The position numbers and the translations under genes are program-made. Under the pieces are notes generated by a model that was given only the letters and a program-made list of their open reading frames with translations, searched no databases and was not told the origin of the DNA. A DNA stretch of 20,000 nucleotides from an uncultured virus (IMG/VR IMGVR_UViG_3300005528_000053) (lineage: Duplodnaviria; Heunggongvirae; Uroviricota; Caudoviricetes): IMG/VR virus record IMGVR_UViG_3300005528_000053; one strand, 5' to 3'. How positions within the stretch are numbered: position 1 is the stretch's first letter; each line of letters begins with the position of its first letter. This document shows positions 1-8,613 of the stretch, in pieces.

Positions 1-1
1 T

Positions 2-1378
2 TGTATTCTTCCTTGGATACATTTAAGTACAAGACCTGACGGTAGTATGAGAGTATGTTGCACTGCTAATGCTAGCGGTGTTGGATCTACAAATGCTGAA
101 ACCGGGGGTCATGTCGGAATGTTGAAGACAGAAGAAGGTAAACCAGCTAACTTAAATGTTAGCGATTTCCAATCAAGCTGGAACAGCACTTACATGAAAA
201 ATGTAAGAAAAATTATGTTAGATAATGGACAGCCAGAAAGCTGTTCAAAATGTTATAAAGAAGAAGAATCTGGTCATGTAAGCAAAAGACAATGGGAAAC
301 TAACTATTGGGCTCAGCGTGTGGACATCGATCAGTTAATTGCACAGACAACAGATGATGGACAAGTCCCTCCTAATTTAAAATATATTGATCTTAGATTC
401 GGATCTAAATGTCAATTAGCCTGTGTAATGTGCAGTCCGCATGATAGTAGTAATTGGATTCCAGAATGGAATAAGATCCATCCTACTATACAGAATAGAG
501 AATTAAGCAAGACCATGGCATGGGAAAACAAGGGCAGTGTTAACGGCTCAAGTTTTAATTGGCATAAAAATAATCCTCTTTTTTGGCAGCAATTCTATGA
601 ACAAATCCCGAATATGCAACAGCTTTATTTTGCAGGTGGCGAGCCATTAATCATAGAAGAACATTACGAAATTTTAGAAGAATGTATAAAGCAAGGACAT
701 GCTAAGAATTTAGAACTTCGTTATAACAGTAACGGAGTCGAATGGCGAGAAGATTTATTTGAGTTATGGAAAGAATTTAAACTTGTTCGATTCCATTATA
801 GTGTTGATGCAATAGGTGAAAAGAATGCCTATATTAGATATCCTAGTAAATGGGAACGTACAGAAGAAGTATTTAAGATTCTAGATACACAAACATCTGA
901 CAACGTAGAAATTACAGTTGCATGTGCAGTACAGGCATTGAACATTTATTATATTCCAGAATTTATCAAATGGAAATTACAACAGAACTATAAAAAGATT
1001 AACATGTGGCCATTTGGTGCAGGTGGAATTAATCATCATTTTGTATATTGGCCACCACACCTAAATGTCAAGATCTTACCTCAATGGTTTAAAGACAAAT
1101 GCGAACAACACTATGAGGAATTTATACCATGGTGGATAGAAAACTGGGAACTAGGTGTTCCTGAATGGCATAAAGGTAAGGTAACAAAAGAACAGTGGCT
1201 TAACGCCGAGTATGGTATCAAAAGATTGCGCGGCATGATTAAATTTATGAAATCAGAAGATTGGACTAACCGATTACCTGAAACAACAGAATATTTAAAA
1301 GCACTTGATACACATAGAGGTTTAAATTTTGAAGAAATTTTTCCAGAAATGACAGGAGTATTTTATGGAGTACACTAA
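2..1378 (+). CDS. Radical SAM protein with N-terminal twitch/SPASM-like Cys cluster (5' truncated by window edge)
   Basis: Frame 2 is open from base 2 (CILPWIHLSTRPDGSMRVCC), so the gene starts upstream of the window and not at 47. It has auxiliary-cluster Cys residues (C..CC..CSKC), the radical SAM motif CQLACVMC (CX3CX2C), GGEP and YNSNG. Confidence 0.9.
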   Translation, partial: CILPWIHLSTRPDGSMRVCCTANASGVGSTNAETGGHVGMLKTEEGKPANLNVSDFQSSWNSTYMKNVRKIMLDNGQPESCSKCYKEEESGHVSKRQWETNYWAQRVDIDQLIAQTTDDGQVPPNLKYIDLRFGSKCQLACVMCSPHDSSNWIPEWNKIHPTIQNRELSKTMAWENKGSVNGSSFNWHKNNPLFWQQFYEQIPNMQQLYFAGGEPLIIEEHYEILEECIKQGHAKNLELRYNSNGVEWREDLFELWKEFKLVRFHYSVDAIGEKNAYIRYPSKWERTEEVFKILDTQTSDNVEITVACAVQALNIYYIPEFIKWKLQQNYKKINMWPFGAGGINHHFVYWPPHLNVKILPQWFKDKCEQHYEEFIPWWIENWELGVPEWHKGKVTKEQWLNAEYGIKRLRGMIKFMKSEDWTNRLPETTEYLKALDTHRGLNFEEIFPEMTGVFYGVH

Positions 1379-2267
1379 AGGTTTAAGAAGGGAGCATTAT
1401 ATGCTTCCAATGGATCATCCTATAGCAGTTGAAAATATGCGTAGGCATATTAGCCGAGCATCAAAATCTGAAGATGCAATGTTTTCAAAAGAAGAATTAG
1501 ATTGGATTTGGAAATTTGCATTTGCCGGAGGCAAAGAAGTTAGAATGAATAAAAACGGAACTGTGTTAGTAGCAGGACAGTTACATGAAGTTTATTTAAA
1601 ATTTAAAGATAGAATCGATCAGTGTTTAGGTATACCTGCTGAAAAAAGTCCACAAGTGGGCGGTAATTATTTTATTACTCCCCAACAATATGGATTACAT
1701 AATGATAGTATAAGGCCTGAAGATTTTACAACTACATTTGATAAAGTCCCGTTGAATCACGAACAACGAAAATACACTTGTTGGAAAAATTGGTTGTTAC
1801 CTTTATGGATAGGAACACATCTTAATGAAGAAGATGGTGGACAAATTGTATTCTTCGATCAGCGACATATTGACTGGGCGCATGTTTATAATGGTGGCGG
1901 TCTAGTTCCTAATATTGCTAGTGTGTATAAAATTACCACTGATTACACTGAACTTCAATTCTATGACGGTCAAGGAACTGCTGTTCCTAAAGAAAACAAT
2001 GCAACACCTTTTGATAAATCTGTTTTTGAGCAGGTAATGAATACTCCGTATGAAAGATTAAAAGGTTTAAGTGCTGAAACTATTTTAGATTGGGAACCAG
2101 GTAAACCTATGTGGTTCGATGCAGTACAGTTGCATAATACTAATGAAGGTACTAAGAGCAAAGGTAAAAAATTATGGAACGCTAAGATGGGTTTATTACT
2201 AACTTTCTTAGTTGAACTCGATGATGATTTACTTATAGAGTGGCGAAAAGAACAAGCTAAGATGTAA
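1365..2267 (+). CDS. Putative 2OG-Fe(II)-dependent oxygenase-like (DSBH) protein
   Basis: HxD (YGLHNDS), the GGQIVF strand motif and a distal His in WFDAVQLHNT. An AGGAG RBS precedes the ATG, and the gene overlaps the upstream stop. Confidence 0.55.
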   Translation: MEYTKGLRREHYMLPMDHPIAVENMRRHISRASKSEDAMFSKEELDWIWKFAFAGGKEVRMNKNGTVLVAGQLHEVYLKFKDRIDQCLGIPAEKSPQVGGNYFITPQQYGLHNDSIRPEDFTTTFDKVPLNHEQRKYTCWKNWLLPLWIGTHLNEEDGGQIVFFDQRHIDWAHVYNGGGLVPNIASVYKITTDYTELQFYDGQGTAVPKENNATPFDKSVFEQVMNTPYERLKGLSAETILDWEPGKPMWFDAVQLHNTNEGTKSKGKKLWNAKMGLLLTFLVELDDDLLIEWRKEQAKM

Positions 2268-2975
2268 TTATAGATAGGGTAGTAGTCTAGGAACAATTAA
2301 TTCTTCGGCTACTATCCTATTTCCTTGACTACTTAAATGGTGTCCGTCGTCTACAATATAAGAATTAAAATTGTCACCTAATTGTGTTTCAACATCAAAA
2401 TCAAGTAGATCAGTTGTGTGAGCCTGAAAGATATTATTATGTTTTTCCCACCAGATATTCCGATGACTATAGATTATGTAAGGAGTATTAGATTTTTCTA
2501 ATATTTTTTTAATCGAACATATTTGACCAAAGTATAAACTTTGATCATCCCAGTCGTAAGAGTAACTAAGTTTAGCAGCCATTCGATAATCTCTGTTATG
2601 TTTATGCCAGAATTGATCTATAGCTTTTCCGTAATTTGGATTCCAGAACACAAAACTTTTTCTTAAAGAAACATCACACTTATAAATGTTTGGATGAGAA
2701 ACAGTAGGAGTCCAGTCTAAATTATAATGACCAGTTCTTATATGATGTCTACTGTCAGAAGTAACTTGAAATATAATAAAATCGTAGCCTTTACCTATCT
2801 CTGATTTTAGTACTTCAAATTGTGTTCCAAGATCGCAACCACCATGGGATGCACTGTAATAGAGAACATCAACATTTTTCTCTTTTAATACTTCGACTGT
2901 ATTTTCAGGTACTCCTTTTTGTCCTTCGTGATTAAATTGACTCCAACTGCACCCTAAATGTAATATTTTTTTCAT
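2268..2975 (-). CDS. SGNH/GDSL hydrolase-like protein (paralog 1)
   Basis: N-terminal LHLGCSWS (GDS-like block I), HGGCD (block II) and C-terminal DDGHHLSSQGN (DxxH block V). ATGA coupling to the upstream paralog. Confidence 0.65.
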   Translation of the reverse strand: MKKILHLGCSWSQFNHEGQKGVPENTVEVLKEKNVDVLYYSASHGGCDLGTQFEVLKSEIGKGYDFIIFQVTSDSRHHIRTGHYNLDWTPTVSHPNIYKCDVSLRKSFVFWNPNYGKAIDQFWHKHNRDYRMAAKLSYSYDWDDQSLYFGQICSIKKILEKSNTPYIIYSHRNIWWEKHNNIFQAHTTDLLDFDVETQLGDNFNSYIVDDGHHLSSQGNRIVAEELIVPRLLPYL

Positions 2976-3706
2976 TTTAATTTTTCAATAATTTTTGGTA
3001 TTAAAACATTTTCAGCTATATATCTGTCACCGTTGGGCGACATATGAAATCCTCTGTCGATGGCAAATTTCTTAAAAGTTTCAATACCAATGTACTCGTT
3101 AACACAAAAGTCTAGTTCGTCGTATATTTCTTTAAGTACTAATTGAGATATCCGAGTTTTATCTACCATTTGTTTCGAATCGTGTGCATATATTAAAAAC
3201 GGAATATTTCTTTTTTTAAGTAAATTTTTAATTGTTACTATTCTACTTAAAAAAATACTTTCCCAATTAAAGTCGCCCGCATTTAAAAGTTTGGCCATTT
3301 TTAAATATGTTCCTTTATTCGACAGATAAGGCCAATGTTGATTAATAATTTCTTTATGCAGCGGCATCCAAAAAATATAGTTTTTAATAAGCCAGTTTCG
3401 ACATTGTACAATATTAGGATGACTATCTTCTTTTTCCCATACAATATCAGAGTCTAATAGTTGACAATGAAATCTGTCAAATGTAGTTACTTCAAATAAA
3501 ACAAAATCAATTTTTTCTTTACCGTTTAAAATGTTTAATAAAATTTCAAATTGAACACCTAATCCACAACCGCCCATAGCTGTTGAATAATAGTTTACAT
3601 CAATACCTCGATTAATAAGGCCTTCTGTTACAAAAAATGGTAAGCTATGATTAGGTACACCATTTACTTCACTCCAACTACTTCCAAGATGCAATATATT
3701 CTTCAT
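2972..3706 (-). CDS. SGNH/GDSL hydrolase-like protein (paralog 2)
   Basis: LHLGSSWS, MGGCG and DRGFHMSPNGD; collinear similarity to 2268-2975. Confidence 0.65.
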   Translation of the reverse strand: MKNILHLGSSWSEVNGVPNHSLPFFVTEGLINRGIDVNYYSTAMGGCGLGVQFEILLNILNGKEKIDFVLFEVTTFDRFHCQLLDSDIVWEKEDSHPNIVQCRNWLIKNYIFWMPLHKEIINQHWPYLSNKGTYLKMAKLLNAGDFNWESIFLSRIVTIKNLLKKRNIPFLIYAHDSKQMVDKTRISQLVLKEIYDELDFCVNEYIGIETFKKFAIDRGFHMSPNGDRYIAENVLIPKIIEKLK

Positions 3707-4418
3707 ATGTTTTTTTATAACTTTCTATAACTAAATTTCTGTACTCTTTATATTGTTGAACTGGCCATCCATGTACAATAATATGTATTCTGGGAGTTTT
3801 ACTATTGTTCCAAACAGCATGATTCGTGCTTATATCTATTAATCTAACATCTCCAGATTTCCATGGTATAACTCCGTAGTTTTCCATACCAAATTCGCAA
3901 CCAACTGGATTATTTAACGCTATATTAATTGCTTGTAACTTTCTTTTATTGTTATCTCTATGAGGCATAATGTAGCCATCTGGTTCTAAAAGCATAAATC
4001 GTACCCTGAGAAATTTATCTAAAGGCCAACAACTTTTTAACCACATAGTTGTTATAGGACATTTGTCGGCTATCTCAGTCCAATGATAGTCGGGAAGATC
4101 TTTTAAATTTTCGTATTGTTCGTCACCTTGAGTAATATGTTTTCCTCGTCCGTGAATAACAAGACTTTTCCACCCTCTGTGATCTTCGCCTTCGTCTCGA
4201 TGAGAATAAAATTCGTCAAGAAGAATTTCAGCTTCTTGATACATCTGTTCATGGGGAATCTCAACATTTAATCTAAGAGTTCTTAAGTTTGATTCTTCAA
4301 TAATCCATTTTAACTGAGCATCTAAATTTAGATGTTTTGGTATCTCAGTTAAATTATGATAATGATTTTCTTCTTTCCTTTTCTCGAAGAATTCCGAGAT
4401 ATTCAGTGTAGTATTCAT
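3678..4418 (-). CDS. Aspartyl/asparaginyl beta-hydroxylase family 2OG-Fe(II) dioxygenase
   Basis: RVRFMLLEPDGYIMPHRD (HxD) and NHAVWNNSKTPRIHIIVHG (distal His plus 2OG-binding Arg), typical of the Asp/Arg-hydroxylase family that includes LpxO. Confidence 0.85.
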   Translation of the reverse strand: MNTTLNISEFFEKRKEENHYHNLTEIPKHLNLDAQLKWIIEESNLRTLRLNVEIPHEQMYQEAEILLDEFYSHRDEGEDHRGWKSLVIHGRGKHITQGDEQYENLKDLPDYHWTEIADKCPITTMWLKSCWPLDKFLRVRFMLLEPDGYIMPHRDNNKRKLQAINIALNNPVGCEFGMENYGVIPWKSGDVRLIDISTNHAVWNNSKTPRIHIIVHGWPVQQYKEYRNLVIESYKKTYEEYIASWK

Positions 4419-5706
4419 ATAATTTTTGTCTCCAAGGAAAGTTGAATTCTGTATCAGGATCTAAACTAACATCTTTAACATGCATTAACGCATATCCTCT
4501 TGTCGATGCTTCGCTAGTAGGTAACATTCCTAAAAAATAACTATCATTTTTTGCTAGTCTTTCTGCACTAGCTAATGTTTTTAACATTAAATTAAAATGA
4601 ATTTGACTGTACAAGTATGCTGTTTTCCTATAAGACAGAATATTGCTAAACGCATACAATGTATTACCATTCATCCTATTAATTAAATCTTCTATTTCAA
4701 AGAAGCTTTCTTTGAAATAGTTACAATTCAGTTCTAGTAATCTAAACTGCATTTCGGAATAAGGTTCTACAAGCCCGTTTAAAAATTCTTGTTCTGATTT
4801 TCTAATAGACTCTTGATTGCTAACTTGAAGATTGTACCCGCTAGAAAAACATAGTTGGTCATAATCTTTTCCGATATAATTGTCTAAAACATTTTTTGTA
4901 AAATTGATTGCAGATTGACTAATATCTCTAAAATCTACAGTAGTAGCATTAGGGCACTTGTCAATAATCTGTAAGGCTTGTAGTCCGTTTGCGGGAGTTA
5001 CAATTCTTTTAATTTGCGGGAGTTCAAATTTTACAATTGGTTCATTTGTACAATTAAAGATAGTGTCGTCAAACGTACATTCTATACGTAGATAAGATCC
5101 GTACTTTAAAACTAGATCATCGTATAGGTAAAACTTATGCTTTCTTTCTTCTGAAGTCCACGGCCTAATTTTAAATCCGTGTTCTAACAATTTACTAATA
5201 ATTAATCCGCCTGGCTTTATCTTTTTATAGGTCTTTGTTCCATCACCTTTATCAACTGATAAAGGAGTGTGGTGATCATGAAAATTGTTCTCGCTCCTAC
5301 TGATATTTGTACATGTTTGCTCTCCAGGAGAATTATACATAGGAGATCCGGATTGTTTCCAATCTTTAACATCTAATATAAAACATTGATTGTGTAGTTC
5401 GTAGTATTCTTCACCTTTGTCTAAAAGATGTCCAATTAGAGAATACTCTGGATTTTTAGAAACTAACTGTGCTAACCATATTGGATCAAATGTGTTTCCT
5501 GGTCTTGTAAAAATGACTTTAGGAGCTGTTTCTGTTTGTAAACTTTTAAATGCATCGTCGTAAGATAAAAAGTATTTGTAAAGCATGTCGTGCCTTACAG
5601 ATGCTTCTAGAAGATTATAACCAATTTCCTGACCTAAGGTGTCTTTATAATCCTTGTTATCATCAACAATGTATATGATGTATGTATTTTTAACTAGTTT
5701 TCTCAT
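4354..5706 (-). CDS. Hypothetical 450-aa protein; C-terminal half possibly a SAM-binding Rossmann-like fold
   Basis: Long intact ORF downstream of a TATAAATA box. RIVTPANG and VDFRDISQSAINF loosely resemble methyltransferase motifs I/II; the function is tentative. Confidence 0.6.
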   Translation of the reverse strand: MRKLVKNTYIIYIVDDNKDYKDTLGQEIGYNLLEASVRHDMLYKYFLSYDDAFKSLQTETAPKVIFTRPGNTFDPIWLAQLVSKNPEYSLIGHLLDKGEEYYELHNQCFILDVKDWKQSGSPMYNSPGEQTCTNISRSENNFHDHHTPLSVDKGDGTKTYKKIKPGGLIISKLLEHGFKIRPWTSEERKHKFYLYDDLVLKYGSYLRIECTFDDTIFNCTNEPIVKFELPQIKRIVTPANGLQALQIIDKCPNATTVDFRDISQSAINFTKNVLDNYIGKDYDQLCFSSGYNLQVSNQESIRKSEQEFLNGLVEPYSEMQFRLLELNCNYFKESFFEIEDLINRMNGNTLYAFSNILSYRKTAYLYSQIHFNLMLKTLASAERLAKNDSYFLGMLPTSEASTRGYALMHVKDVSLDPDTEFNFPWRQKLYEYYTEYLGILREKERRKSLS

Positions 5707-5741
5707 GGGTTCTTCAAATTATGTTGGCTAGTTTTTACTAG

Positions 5742-5754
5742 CTAAATATTTATA
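5742..5754. promoter_or_regulatory. Overlapping divergent T4-late-type promoter boxes
   Basis: TATAAATA on the minus strand (5754-5747) and CTAAATA on the plus strand (5742-5748) share the palindrome TAAATATTTA. Each lies about 40 nt from a divergent start codon (5706 and 5789). Confidence 0.65.
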
Positions 5755-5788
5755 TGCTACTATTTCAAAGTAAAAATAAGAGGAAGAT

Positions 5789-6343
5789 GTGAGCTCCAAA
5801 ATACTAATAACCGGAAATAAAAATTTTGGATTGTCTTCTGAACTATTTAAAATATATCCGGACGCTACTTTTGTATCAAGGACAACTGGCTACGATTTAA
5901 CCTCAGCGGATGGACAGTTATCTCTAGCCAAAAAAGTTTTAGATTACGATATTTTTATAAATTGTTCAGCACTATGGAAATTTAACCAAACTGTACTACT
6001 AGATGCAGTTTATAAATCTTGCATAGAAAACAAAAAAGATCTAAAAATAATTTGTGTAGGATCAACAACTGATCGAGTTAAAAAAGGCGGAGCATGGTTA
6101 TATAATGCAGAGAAAAAAGCTTTGAGAGATTATTGTAATACACTTTCGATGAACGGTGTATGGCAAGGAGGTCCTACAGTCACTTTAGTAAGTTTTGGTA
6201 GTTTATCTAATGTACAACATAAACATCCAACTAGGACTTGTATGGATATTAGTCTTGCAGCAAATTACATAAAATGGGTTATTGAACAGCCTAAAGAATT
6301 TCATATAAACGAAATAAGCATAGACCCAATTCAGAAAGTTTAA
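5789..6343 (+). CDS. Short-chain dehydrogenase/reductase (compact, 184 aa)
   Basis: KILITGNKNFGL Rossmann start, DIFINCS, catalytic Ser region VGST and YxxxK (YNAEK). GAGGA RBS before the GTG start. Confidence 0.8.
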   Translation: MSSKILITGNKNFGLSSELFKIYPDATFVSRTTGYDLTSADGQLSLAKKVLDYDIFINCSALWKFNQTVLLDAVYKSCIENKKDLKIICVGSTTDRVKKGGAWLYNAEKKALRDYCNTLSMNGVWQGGPTVTLVSFGSLSNVQHKHPTRTCMDISLAANYIKWVIEQPKEFHINEISIDPIQKV

Positions 6344-6344
6344 C

Positions 6345-7505
6345 ATGGAAAAATCAGAATACGATTTTAAAAAAATACCGTTTGAAAATATAGTTCGTGT
6401 TGGACAACGAAATATGTTATATAGAGACCTTTTTACAGTAAGTTGGTTATTAGGCAGATATTGTAACTATCGTTGTAGCTATTGTTGGCCTTATGCACGG
6501 AGTGATAAAAAAGATCATAGACCAACAGAATTATGTATTAAAACTGTAGACGAAATTAAACGACAGGCTAGAGAAAGAGGATTTAATAGTTTTCATTTTA
6601 GCCTTAGTGGAGGCGAACCAACCTTTCATCCAGGGTACATAGATATTTTAAATCATTTGAATAATGATGCCCCAAATACAAATTACACCAGTGTTCATAT
6701 GACAACTAATATGAGCAGAACTGTAAAATGGTTTAACGATGAATATTGTCCTGCTGTTAGTAAATTCCACCGTGCAAGTATAACTGCTAGTCTACACACT
6801 GAACATGTTGACACTAAAGAGAAGCTAAAAGAATTTGGAGATAAATTAGAACTTTGTCAAGACCATGATGTACAAGTTACAATTAATATGGTCATGGTAC
6901 CAGAGTGGTTTGATAAAGATTATGAAAACGCTCTTTACTTTCATAATAGGGGTATTAATGTTACATTAAAGCCTCAAAGCGATCCCACTGCTAGTCGGGT
7001 AGTAGATGGTTATACTTCTGAAATGTTAGAAAAGTTACATAACGGAATGCCTCAACGGGCGTTTACTGAAGCTAAAGCTGCCACTGCTAAACTAGTCTCA
7101 AGACCATTTCCTACTTTTGTTAAGATGCCTGATCCAATTTATAAAGCAGAAAATCAAAATATCCCACAACACTTTCAAGTAGAATTTATAGATAAAGAAC
7201 AAAAGGTGTGGTACATGGATCAGGCCGAACGATTTAATGCCTTTAATTTTAACAAATTTGAAGGATGGGAATGTAGTAGTGGATATCGAGGTATTATTAT
7301 ACGCGAACCAGACGGAAGCATCAAACGAAGTTATAGCTGTCACGATGTGCCATTGGGAAATATAGAAACAGGTTTTAGATTATTTGATAGTCCTAAACCT
7401 TGTATTACTCCAAGTTGTGTAAGTAGTGCCGATAGTAAAATTCCTAAAAGAGCACCTAATACTGAACTACCGTTATTTCCTGGAGATAAAACTTATGCTA
7501 AGTAA
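6345..7505 (+). CDS. Radical SAM protein with C-terminal twitch-like Cys cluster
   Basis: CNYRCSYC (CX3CX2C), SGGEPT, TTN, and C-terminal Cys residues (ECSSG..SYSC..PCITPSC). Confidence 0.9.
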   Translation: MEKSEYDFKKIPFENIVRVGQRNMLYRDLFTVSWLLGRYCNYRCSYCWPYARSDKKDHRPTELCIKTVDEIKRQARERGFNSFHFSLSGGEPTFHPGYIDILNHLNNDAPNTNYTSVHMTTNMSRTVKWFNDEYCPAVSKFHRASITASLHTEHVDTKEKLKEFGDKLELCQDHDVQVTINMVMVPEWFDKDYENALYFHNRGINVTLKPQSDPTASRVVDGYTSEMLEKLHNGMPQRAFTEAKAATAKLVSRPFPTFVKMPDPIYKAENQNIPQHFQVEFIDKEQKVWYMDQAERFNAFNFNKFEGWECSSGYRGIIIREPDGSIKRSYSCHDVPLGNIETGFRLFDSPKPCITPSCVSSADSKIPKRAPNTELPLFPGDKTYAK

Positions 7506-8613
7506 ATCTCATTTAAACGTACTACAAGAGAGAGTTAAAGATAAAGATTGGGTATGGTTAAACAGAGACATAGTTCATCTTCTAGAAGGTAGAGGAAAAC
7601 GTAAAATAGGCGTAATTAATTTTGATGTAGCAGCTTTAAAATATTGGGATAACCTTGGCAGGATAAAACTTTTTATTGTTGGCCATAGCATAAAGAAATT
7701 AAAAGAATACCCTAAACTTTTATTAATGGTCAGAAATGAAGCGTTACCAAATTACAGATGGAAAGAAATAGTAGACTTTATTTTAGAAATAACAGGAAAA
7801 AATATTGAAGATATAATGGTTGTTGATGCAGGATATACTACAGACGGAAGTTACCCTCACATAGGTACAAATCCTTTTGTTATTAATCCTGTATTGGATC
7901 TAACAAGTGTAGTGCGAGCACTAACGCCTATTTCTCAAAGAAAAACTTTTTACAATTCTTTATCAAGAAATCCAAAAAATTTTAGATTATTATTTACTTT
8001 AGAATTAGTTAAACGAGACCTTTTAAATTTAGGGTGTGTGAGTTTTGGAGTTTCAGACGATTACGGGGACGAATTATATAAAGAATTAATACCTGCAGAA
8101 TACACACATTTGTTTCCAATGTATGCTGACGGAATAGTAAAAAGAAATCAGTATGTAGTCACTTACCCGCCCGAAGCAATAGATTCAATAGTAAAAGTAG
8201 TTTTAGAATCTACTTATGACGATTCTATTATACCTGGAACAAAATGTACTAACTACTGTGGAGGTATTTTTAGTGATAGAGTATTTTTAACAGAGAAAAC
8301 GTTTTTTGCTTTTCAATCTTATCAGATACCATTATTTGTAACAGTTAAAGGGCATGTGCAAGCTGTTAGGGATCACGGGTTTGATGTCTTTGATGATATT
8401 GTAGATCATTCTTACGATTTAGAACCAAATCCGGGTAATCGAATAAAAATGGTAGCAGAAGAGCTAGAACGTCTTTTAAAGAACAAAGATTCCATAATGT
8501 CCGTTACTAATCTCAACGAGAGGCTAAAAAAGAACAATCAGCATAGACAGATTGTTCAAGAGCAGATCGGAAAAAATCTTAAAGAAAAACTTACTGAATG
8601 GTTTAATCAGTAA
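7495..8613 (+). CDS. Phage hypothetical protein, possibly GT-B glycosyltransferase-like
   Basis: Start revised to ATG 7495 (GGAG at 7482-7485). C-terminal VVLEST...FLTEKTF...GFDVFDDIVDHSYD resembles the (S/T)EK motif region of GT10-like proteins. The ORF is solid; the function is inferred. Confidence 0.55.
   Translation: MLSKSHLNVLQERVKDKDWVWLNRDIVHLLEGRGKRKIGVINFDVAALKYWDNLGRIKLFIVGHSIKKLKEYPKLLLMVRNEALPNYRWKEIVDFILEITGKNIEDIMVVDAGYTTDGSYPHIGTNPFVINPVLDLTSVVRALTPISQRKTFYNSLSRNPKNFRLLFTLELVKRDLLNLGCVSFGVSDDYGDELYKELIPAEYTHLFPMYADGIVKRNQYVVTYPPEAIDSIVKVVLESTYDDSIIPGTKCTNYCGGIFSDRVFLTEKTFFAFQSYQIPLFVTVKGHVQAVRDHGFDVFDDIVDHSYDLEPNPGNRIKMVAEELERLLKNKDSIMSVTNLNERLKKNNQHRQIVQEQIGKNLKEKLTEWFNQ

Noticed and set aside
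1970..2296. Minus-strand 108-aa ORF
   Set aside because: Antisense shadow of the oxygenase-like gene; Ser/Leu-rich with no motif.
7098..7343. Minus-strand 81-aa ORF
   Set aside because: Entirely antisense within a radical SAM gene.
2..8613. RiPP cluster interpretation
   Set aside because: No precursor peptide ORF, RRE domain, peptidase or transporter is visible in the block. A precursor upstream of the window cannot be excluded.
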